Notes under the pieces: model-generated | Databases searched by the model: none | What the model was told of the DNA's origin: nothing | The model's input: the letters and a program-made list of their open reading frames with translations, nothing else | Part shown: piece by piece, positions 19,454-26,548 of the stretch | How the letters are laid out: every line of letters starts with the position of its first letter | How positions within the stretch are numbered: position 1 is the first letter of the stretch | Program-made: the position numbers and the translations under genes | Source: Rickettsiales bacterium | GTDB taxonomy: Bacteria > Pseudomonadota > Alphaproteobacteria > Rickettsiales > JAJNBL01 | Length of the DNA stretch: 64,000 nt | Direction: 5' to 3' | Assembly (NCBI GenBank): GCA_021156175.1 | Contig: JAJNBL010000003.1 | Location: 115,897 to 179,896, forward strand

Positions 19454-20212
19454 ATGAAGCAAGGTTCAGAGAATAAAAAGGAATTACCCAAAAGACTAGG
19501 TGGCGATAGTAGCAAAGGTCGCGTAACGTGGTATAAGGCTCGTCAGGAAGATCAAGAATTTGATTATTTAGGGCTTAGCACATGGGACAGGTTGGCACTT
19601 GCTTTTGTGTTCGATAAAAGCTGCTCGGCTAAACATAAAAAGGCTTTAAGTAACGCTTTTAAGGAACTCTATCAAATTCCTGCGAACCGCCCAATAATGG
19701 ATATCGCTTCTCAACTGATTTTAGATAAAAAAGTCCCTCTTCTTTTGCAAGCAACGGCAGGCACTAACCTTGCTTTATTGGGGGAGGCTGACGCAGTAGG
19801 AGACGCTGCTCATGACCGAGTAATTCGGGTTGCTATAAATCTAAAAGATGTTAAACAGCTAAAGGGGACGCTTATCCACGAACTAACGCATATTGTATCG
19901 AATGAACTGTATGGTAATGAATACAAGCCTTACAAAGAGGGAAAGAAAAGAGAATACAAGAAAGCTGTAAAAGCCTCTATTCCTGGTGAAGTTTCTGCAC
20001 TAACGAAACAAGAGCCGTACGCAGTCATGGAAATGCTTCAGCCTCATTGCCATGAAATATATACCAAGCATTGGGAAAACGCCTGGAAATTCGAACGGGT
20101 CGTAAGAATTCCCCAACTTTTTTCAACTACTGACCCACACGGGCAAGTGCTTCACCGCCTTTACCCGGAAGATACCATCAAAAATTCCTTGATAAATGCC
20201 GTGATTATTTAG
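19454..20212 (+). CDS. hypothetical protein with HExxH zinc-metallopeptidase motif (5' portion of a probably frameshifted gene)
   Basis: 252-aa ORF containing GTLIHELTHIVSNELYG (HExxH). The adjacent reading frame is open from 20134 onward (see next feature). Confidence 0.6.
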   Translation: MKQGSENKKELPKRLGGDSSKGRVTWYKARQEDQEFDYLGLSTWDRLALAFVFDKSCSAKHKKALSNAFKELYQIPANRPIMDIASQLILDKKVPLLLQATAGTNLALLGEADAVGDAAHDRVIRVAINLKDVKQLKGTLIHELTHIVSNELYGNEYKPYKEGKKREYKKAVKASIPGEVSALTKQEPYAVMEMLQPHCHEIYTKHWENAWKFERVVRIPQLFSTTDPHGQVLHRLYPEDTIKNSLINAVII

Positions 20213-20733
20213 GGCAAGATCCTAAAGAATATAAATATTTTGGTCCAAAAGATAGTAAGCCTATTCACGAAACGGTAACCGTTGAAACGTTAGCGCAATC
20301 TATCCTGTGGCGAGCAGAGTATCAGGCTTTAGGTAGTCTCCGGATTGCTTTTAAGAAGGAGGATGAGGATAATTTAAAAGTTGAAAAAGATACGCTCCAA
20401 AATCTTTTGAAAACTCGTGGGTTAAGCGATCAAAAAGTTCAAAAACTTTTTGATCGAGGGGAGCGGGGACGAAAAAACCTTGAAAATTTCTGCAATAAAT
20501 GGGGTAGTAAGTACTACGTAAATAATTTTGAGCGGTATAAAGAAGGGGGGCGCACTTTATTCCGTTATGCCCCTAGCAAATTAGCGCAGATGGAGATAGA
20601 TTCAAAGAAAGCTGCTGATGACAATTTCGTATTGAAAATCTTGGCAGAGCGTGCTCGGGCTTCGGAGTCTTCTGAGTCTTCTCACCTTTCGAGGGCAGAG
20701 GAATCTTCTTCTAGTTCTAGGGAGCGATATTAA
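20134..20733 (+). pseudogene. 3' portion of the HExxH gene in a different frame (frameshift or split gene)
   Basis: This frame is stop-free from 20134 to the TAA at 20731-20733. It overlaps the last 79 nt of the 19454 ORF. It has no ATG, and its only possible start is a TTG at 20407 (the track ORF). Hand translation reads ...YHQKFLDKCRDYLGQDPKEYKYFGPKDSKPIHETV... and continues into the 108-aa track ORF. Confidence 0.5.
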
Positions 20734-21451
20734 AACTGTCTGCGTGTTTTTGTTCCTAATTTTCGATTATTTCCGATAAAAATCTGCTGTAGGAGTCTAT
20801 ATATAACGTACGGCACAAGAAAAATCGGGCTTATCACGATACAAATCAAGCCAAAAAGATAGTTCATAGCAGTGGAGCCTCCTGCTGTTTTCAAAGTGGA
20901 GATAGGAATTCTTCACCGTAGAATCCCTATCCCAAAAGAAATACTACCATAACGATAGTATAAATCAATATACAAAAAACTATTGGTTGTGTTGCTTCTG
21001 ATAAATTACCATGTTAGTTCATCTTGAGATAGGGAGGGGCTGGTCGGATGGCGCGGTTAGGTAATCTAAAGGCATTGGGAATATTGCCAGAATAATGGGC
21101 GTGTTTGTGACTAGTACGACGCATCAAGGGGAGCGTGACTCGGTTTATGCTCTTTAGAGGTTTCCGCAATATGTTTATGAAGTAAAGCAAGGAGTCAGGC
21201 CCTACAGAAAGAAGGTTGGTGTATCCTTCCCTCGTGATTCAAATAACTATAATAATAATTATGGAAAATACTTTATAAGGATGCCGGAATTGACGGGAAT
21301 TTGATGCCGCACATCATGATTCCACTCCTAATCGATGTTTGGGACGCCTTTATGCGCTGGGATTCATTGGATTATGGAATTGGCGCTTAACGCTTCCCGC
21401 CTGATGGAAAACGTTACTCTGTACATTCTTCTCTCACAAGATTTTGTTTTA

Positions 21452-23083
21452 TTAAGAGGTCTCGCGGGATTTTCTCACCTCACATACCATTTTCGCGCAA
21501 ATTTCTCCGTTTACAAGGATTTCTGCGCTGATGGTATGTGTGTTTAGATCAGAAAATGTGATCTGAAATGGCTGCTCTGGCTTCAAAACAGAGAGGAATT
21601 TTGCAGAAATAATCCGTGTAAGCGTGTGTCCGTGCTGTGCGAGGCTATCCTCTAACTTTGCCAGCAAAAGCACGCCTGGGACAATTGGATTTCCCGGGAA
21701 ATGGCCAGAAAAAGCTGGGTGATCTTTTGGGAAAGCATATTCGGACTTATCGGATACAAGGAGCTCGTTCAGTGCGTCTTTGGAGATTTTTCCTGTGGGT
21801 AAGCGCGGAAGTTCGGTGACCGCAAGAATTTTGCGTGGAAGGAAAACCGGGTCAATATACTGCGCAAGATTTTTTAGGAATTCCTCTTTATCAAAGGCTT
21901 CTATGTTTTTATCCCTGGGTACGACAATCGCCGTCAGCCGTTCTACGTGGGCAGAGCTCTCAGGGATAAACAGTGCACCGTCTTCGATTCCGGGCATTTT
22001 CCTGAGGATAGTTTGCAGGCCTTGGAGTGATGCGCGTTTGCCGGCGACATTCAGCATGTCGCTTTGCCGGCCTTCTAGCGTAAATGTGCCGTCACTTGCT
22101 AGATTTAGCACATCTCCAAGCGTAATCGCTTCAGGAAGATGCGGAGCAGAAATGTAAGATTCTTCATTCGTTTGCGAAAAAGAAAAGCTTTCATAGGGGC
22201 GCCAACGGTCCCTCCCCCCTTCCCCGGTTGTTCGCCGTGAAGCCATGGAGCCAGCTTCTGTGCATCCATATATCTCAAAGACTTGTGTATTATACTTCAT
22301 CTCGAATGCGAGAGCTGTTTCCGGTGAAAGTGGGGCGGTTGCGGAGATCACTTGCTTGAGTGGTGGGAGTGCAATATTGCTTTTCAGGAAATTTTCCAAA
22401 TGGAGCGGTGTCGTCACCAATGTAAGTCTTGATTCAGGATTACTTTCAAGCGCTTTTCGGAACGCTTCTTCAAGATCGGCGGGATAAAATGGCATTGTGT
22501 TATAGCAGGAAGCAAAGCCCATCATGGGAAGCATAATGGTGGTCTCTAGCCCATACATATGCTGGTGTGGCACGGTTGCAACAATCACATCGTTGTGAGA
22601 GGTAAAACCGAAACGTTTGGCGGCAAGCTCCGCGCCAATTCTCAGCATTCCATAGGTCTTTGTATGGGGAGTAGGATTTCCGGTGCTGCCCGAAGTAAAG
22701 GCAATGACGGCGGGATGTGCATCATCAATTGGGGCGATAGTATGAGAGAGGTTATGTTTAAAATTATACGGCAAAAGGCAGTGACAATAAATTGAATTAT
22801 AATGAGAATCTTCGTTATCGGTGAGGATGTAGCTATCGGGATAGTTCTTGTATATTTGCTCTAATGTTTTTGGGCTGCTATTGGGTGGCAAAAGATGTGT
22901 CTGTCCCTTCTGCCATGCGGCTTCCAGGGCCAGCATAAAATTATAACGGTGGGTGCAGAGATTGATCACAAAGCGCGCATTTGGAAGGTGGGCTGCCTGA
23001 AATTCCATGTCTTCTAGATAATCATCGCGGGTACGTATCCCCTCTTTCGTAATGCAGAGCGTGTCAGATGACGCGGTAATCAT
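21452..23083 (-). CDS. acyl/aryl-AMP ligase (adenylate-forming enzyme) fused to a C-terminal FabZ/FabA-like hot-dog dehydratase domain
   Basis: ANL core motifs are FTSGSTGNPTPHTKTY, EIYGCTEAG and LPRLPTGKISK. The C-terminal ~110 aa carry HPAFSGHFPGNPIVPGVLLL (FabZ-type catalytic His motif). I prefer the ATG at 23083 (GGGGAG 7 nt upstream) over the track start at 23164. Confidence 0.8.
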   Translation of the reverse strand: MITASSDTLCITKEGIRTRDDYLEDMEFQAAHLPNARFVINLCTHRYNFMLALEAAWQKGQTHLLPPNSSPKTLEQIYKNYPDSYILTDNEDSHYNSIYCHCLLPYNFKHNLSHTIAPIDDAHPAVIAFTSGSTGNPTPHTKTYGMLRIGAELAAKRFGFTSHNDVIVATVPHQHMYGLETTIMLPMMGFASCYNTMPFYPADLEEAFRKALESNPESRLTLVTTPLHLENFLKSNIALPPLKQVISATAPLSPETALAFEMKYNTQVFEIYGCTEAGSMASRRTTGEGGRDRWRPYESFSFSQTNEESYISAPHLPEAITLGDVLNLASDGTFTLEGRQSDMLNVAGKRASLQGLQTILRKMPGIEDGALFIPESSAHVERLTAIVVPRDKNIEAFDKEEFLKNLAQYIDPVFLPRKILAVTELPRLPTGKISKDALNELLVSDKSEYAFPKDHPAFSGHFPGNPIVPGVLLLAKLEDSLAQHGHTLTRIISAKFLSVLKPEQPFQITFSDLNTHTISAEILVNGEICAKMVCEVRKSRETS

Positions 23084-23699
23084 ACGGCACCTCCCCGATT
23101 TTCGTGTTAAGCCAAATGCCCGGATGGGTGCAAAGAATGCGCAACGTTTTTCCTGGAGATTCATTCACTTTATAGCATAATGCACTGAAAAAATGAGAAA
23201 TAATAAAGACAGAAATCAGAATGCTCGGGGCAATGATATTTGAGAAGGTTGACCACCCTGCTATGTCGTCGCGTGCTGCCAAATAAATCGAGCCGATTGC
23301 ACATCCAGAGCACAAAAACGTCCATAAAATTGTTTGATAACGGGTGTAGCGCAAAAACGGCGGCTGTAATGGGGATGAGGTATGGACGAGATAGGAAAAA
23401 TGCGTCACAAGTGGCACATGGCCTGGAAGTAAGGTCCGGAAAAATAATCCGGCGGTTACCAAATTAATCGCAATCGGCGGGAAATAGATAACGTAATGGG
23501 TTATGCGTGGCCAGGTGGATGCGACTATTTCTCCGGCGGTAATGGTTAGGAGTGCGATTGCAGAAAATGCGAGTACCTTAGGAGCGATCATTTTGATTTT
23601 ACGACATATTATAGGAGTCGCGGCTGTTCCGACTAAGATATAAAGAATCGCTCGGAAAGCAAGATTAGGATAACCCTCGATGATTGCCACATGGAGCAA
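23064..23699 (-). CDS. integral membrane protein (about 6 TM), unknown function
   Basis: Hydrophobic throughout (IALLTITAGEIVASTW, YVIYFPPIAINLVTAGLFF, ILWTFLCSGCAIGSIYL, IIAPSILISVFIISHFF). It overlaps the ligase start by 20 nt. The start is uncertain, with an internal ATG at 23591. Confidence 0.6.
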   Translation of the reverse strand: MLHVAIIEGYPNLAFRAILYILVGTAATPIICRKIKMIAPKVLAFSAIALLTITAGEIVASTWPRITHYVIYFPPIAINLVTAGLFFRTLLPGHVPLVTHFSYLVHTSSPLQPPFLRYTRYQTILWTFLCSGCAIGSIYLAARDDIAGWSTFSNIIAPSILISVFIISHFFSALCYKVNESPGKTLRILCTHPGIWLNTKIGEVPYDYRVI

Positions 23700-23747
23700 T
23701 ATAAAAGACGCAATGAAGAGAGTGACCCGAAAAAGTAGTATTTTTTG

Positions 23748-24014
23748 CTACTCCTGATGCTCTTCGATATAAGCTGCCAATGCGCCAAGGGATGCAAAAA
23801 TTTCTTTTGTTTTTTCGTCATCGGAACGGATTTTAATGCCATATTTTTTGGAAATGGCAAGCGCAAGCTCCAGCGCATCAATCGAATCAAGCCCTACCCC
23901 ATCGTAAAATAACGCCATATCGGAGGTAATGTCCTCGGGCGCAATATCTTCCAGAAACAGTGTTTCGGTGATCAGTGTTGCGATTTCTAATTCAAATGCG
24001 GTTTGTTCAGTCAT
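23748..24014 (-). CDS. acyl carrier protein
   Basis: 88 aa and acidic, with the phosphopantetheine attachment motif GLDSIDALELALAI. Confidence 0.85.
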   Translation of the reverse strand: MTEQTAFELEIATLITETLFLEDIAPEDITSDMALFYDGVGLDSIDALELALAISKKYGIKIRSDDEKTKEIFASLGALAAYIEEHQE

Positions 24015-24058
24015 GTGTTTTAGAATGCTCCTTTCTTATTACTATTATGTTTTTTGCT

Positions 24059-24192
24059 GTCATCATCGCGAGGAACGAAGCGCGATCCAGCCCAAAAACA
24101 AAAAATTATCCTTATTTAAGTAAAGGGATCTGGATTGCTTCGTTAGGCTATCGCCTTCCTCGCAATAACGACCTCTCGTGAGTGTTCTACCT
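24059..24192. repeat. palindromic MITE/REP-like element, family 1 (GTCAT..GCGAGG...GCAATCCAG arms) with shared tail
   Basis: The left arm is GTCATCATCGCGAGGAACGAAGCGCGATCCAGC (24059-24091). The right arm is CTGGATTGCTTCG...CCTCGCAATAACGAC (24130-24172). The tail is CTCTCGTGAGTGTTCTACCT. Related copies lie at 42262-42366. The same tail recurs at 42295-42315 and 55875-55899. Confidence 0.7.
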
Positions 24193-24198
24193 TTTTCC

Positions 24199-25443
24199 TT
24201 AAACGCCAAGCCGCTTTTTCATAGTATAAATGCCCTTAAATAGCAACAACGGCCAAGAGAGCGAAAATTTTTCACGGAAATCACCTGCGAGCAATGAAAT
24301 CACGGCATTTTCGAGTTTGAGGATATTACGCGGATGGACCATCATATCGCGGAAAACCGGGCAGTTGATGTGGTAAATAAACCAGGAAACCCGTTTCATT
24401 GTGCGGTCAGTTTCGTTTCGGAAAGCGGCAAAGACCCGTTCGCGCTTTTGGGGATGCTGTAACGCAGTATGGATAAGCTCGGAAGCTTTGGTTCCGGAGG
24501 TCATCGCAAAGAGCACGCCGGTCGAGAAAACGGGGTCAATAAACCCAAAGGCATCGCCGATCATCATGTAATTCTTGCCGTACATCTCTTTGGAAAAGTA
24601 GGAAAAATTGCCGGTTGCTTGCACCTCACCAACGCCTTTGGCATGCTCCATCCGTTCCCAGACTTTTGCGTGGCGCTTGCAGTGATCCCAGAAAAATTCT
24701 TCAAGCGAACCTTTGCGTTCTTTTAAATATTCGGGCGTGGCGACGATCCCGACACTCGTAATGCCGTGCTGCAGCGGGATCATCCACATCCAGCCCTGAT
24801 CGGCCAAATGGACGCGGATATTGCCTTCATCATCGTCTGGCATTTCTTTTAAGCCCGAAAAATGGCCAAAAATTGCTGCGGAATTATTATGCGGATTGCG
24901 AAGTTTGAGTTGCAGTGCACTGGAAAATAACGTATCGCGTCCGGTTGCATCCACGACAAAGCGCGGGGTAAAGTGGTATTTCTCCCCCTGCTCCGATTCG
25001 GCTTCTACCGATTCTACCTGTTGTTTATCCTGGCTAAATTGCACGCGTGTGACTTTCACGCCTTCTAATGTTGTAGCGCCTTGTTTTTGGGCGTGCTTAA
25101 AAAGAAGGTGATCGAATTCAGAGCGTTTGACCTGGTACGCATATCCGTGGTTTTTCTCGAGTGAGCGGTCGAAATAAAAGGTATGGGTTTTTTGGTACTC
25201 TTCGGAGATAAAGCTCGCCCCTTTTTTGAGTACACCGATTGCGTGAACATCGTCCAGCACGCCCAGTTTCTCAAAAATTTTGAGGTTCATCGGGAGCAGC
25301 GATTCGCCAATATGGAAGCGCGGATGATGGTCTTTTTCTAGCAAGGTGACGCTGTATCCTTGCTTTACGAGGAGTGCCGCAGCGGTTGAGCCCGCGGGAC
25401 CGCCGCCGATGATGAGGATGTCTGGGGTTAGATGCATAGACAA
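24199..25443 (-). CDS. FAD-dependent halogenase-like oxidoreductase
   Basis: GxGxxG (IIGGGPAGS), HIGESLLP, the WxWxIP motif (GWMWMIPL) and the FxxPxxSxG motif (GFIDPVFSTGV) are all present. This is the signature set of flavin-dependent halogenases. Confidence 0.75.
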   Translation of the reverse strand: MSMHLTPDILIIGGGPAGSTAAALLVKQGYSVTLLEKDHHPRFHIGESLLPMNLKIFEKLGVLDDVHAIGVLKKGASFISEEYQKTHTFYFDRSLEKNHGYAYQVKRSEFDHLLFKHAQKQGATTLEGVKVTRVQFSQDKQQVESVEAESEQGEKYHFTPRFVVDATGRDTLFSSALQLKLRNPHNNSAAIFGHFSGLKEMPDDDEGNIRVHLADQGWMWMIPLQHGITSVGIVATPEYLKERKGSLEEFFWDHCKRHAKVWERMEHAKGVGEVQATGNFSYFSKEMYGKNYMMIGDAFGFIDPVFSTGVLFAMTSGTKASELIHTALQHPQKRERVFAAFRNETDRTMKRVSWFIYHINCPVFRDMMVHPRNILKLENAVISLLAGDFREKFSLSWPLLLFKGIYTMKKRLGV

Positions 25444-25506
25444 AGATCCTAAGAGAATTGGTACTCTATAGTATCTTCCAAAGTTGCCTTAGCAAGTTAT
25501 TTCTCT

Positions 25507-26226
25507 TTAATCCGTCAGGTAAAATATGATGGTGGTAACGACGCGTACGTTTTTTTCGATTTTGTTGGTGTCACCATATTCTTCACCGGCATCAAGGACA
25601 ATGAATCCTCCTTGGGTGGCGCTTCTAATACTGCCGACACGCACCCCTGCATTTTCTGCGAATTCATTCGCTGCAAGACGTGCATTCTGGGTTGCTTCTT
25701 TCAGCATATCGGGCTTGATTTCATTAAGCTTGGTGAAAAAGTAGCGTGGTGGCGCATTTTCTATGTCGATGCCTTCGGCGATCAGCTTATTAATACGCGA
25801 TCTTACTTGGGAAACCAACTCCACTTTATTGGTTTCTACCTCGATGGAGCCCATAAGTTGGTATTTCTCATCTACTAACCTCTGACTTTCGTCACGAAAC
25901 TCTATGTAATTATAATTTATAACACCGGTCGTGATTTCGCTGTCTTCAAAACCGTTTTCTTTTAAGAGATCGATGATGGTTTTTTGGTTTTCTTCGGATT
26001 TTTTATAAAGTGCTGGAATATCTTCGTTTTTTGTCCCGGAAACTCTAAAGATAAGTGTCCAATTGGTGCGGTCAGCCTTTACGCGTCGTTCTGCCAGGCC
26101 TTTTACTTCTGCTGTATTAAGCGCCACTTTGGCGTTATAGAGTGTTTGGCTGACGAAATATCCTCCCAGCGCTAATCCTAATGCTAACACGATACTGGAA
26201 CAGAATAGCCAATTTATTTTGTTCAT
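25507..26226 (-). CDS. SIMPL-domain (DUF541/YggE-like) periplasmic protein
   Basis: N-terminal anchor or signal (MNKINWLFCSSIVLALGLALGG). Its size and the blocks ...VKGLAERRVKAD... and ARLAANEFAENAGVRVGSIRSATQG resemble SIMPL family members. Confidence 0.6.
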   Translation of the reverse strand: MNKINWLFCSSIVLALGLALGGYFVSQTLYNAKVALNTAEVKGLAERRVKADRTNWTLIFRVSGTKNEDIPALYKKSEENQKTIIDLLKENGFEDSEITTGVINYNYIEFRDESQRLVDEKYQLMGSIEVETNKVELVSQVRSRINKLIAEGIDIENAPPRYFFTKLNEIKPDMLKEATQNARLAANEFAENAGVRVGSIRSATQGGFIVLDAGEEYGDTNKIEKNVRVVTTIIFYLTD

Positions 26227-26346
26227 AGAGTACTCCTTATTTTTGCGATAGCGCGCGGACTGGAACTAGGATGGATAAGGAGAGAACAAATGTCAATTGT
26301 TGAATAAGAAGAGGGTTTTAGTTTGTCGTTGCCTTAACTATCATAT

Positions 26347-26382
26347 GCTGGCGTGCAAGGCGTAGCCCGTAAGGACGAAGCC
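26347..26382 (-). repeat. tRNA-3'-flanking repeat (family 3), half copy
   Basis: Read on the minus strand directly after the CCA of tRNA-Leu: GGCTTCGTCCTTACGGGCTACGCCTTGCACGCCAGC. It is near-identical to the sequence following tRNA-Arg(CCG) at 32683-32717. Confidence 0.65.
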
Positions 26383-26469
26383 TGGTGCTCTGGAGAAGAC
26401 TCGAACTTCCACGGGATTGCTCCCACTAGCACCTGAAGCTAGCGCGTCTACCAATTCCGCCACCAGAGC
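26383..26469 (-). tRNA. tRNA-Leu (anticodon CAG)
   Basis: The reverse complement folds as acceptor GCTCTGG/CCAGAGC, anticodon arm CTAGC-TTCAGGT-GCTAG, a long variable arm, T-loop TTCGAGT and encoded CCA. Confidence 0.88.
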
Positions 26470-26475
26470 ATAGTA

Positions 26476-26504
26476 GAGCATTTTCCATTTCAGCGAAAAC
26501 ACTC
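26476..26504. repeat. short palindromic element, family 4 (GAGCATTTTCCATTT...GCGAAAACACTC), minimal copy
   Basis: GAGCATTTTC/GAAAACACTC form an imperfect stem. It shares its ends with the copies at 30859-30913 and 61353-61473. Confidence 0.5.
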
Positions 26505-26548
26505 CAAGGTAGACTGAGGGTTATAGCAAGTTTTCAGGAATGCGCTAC

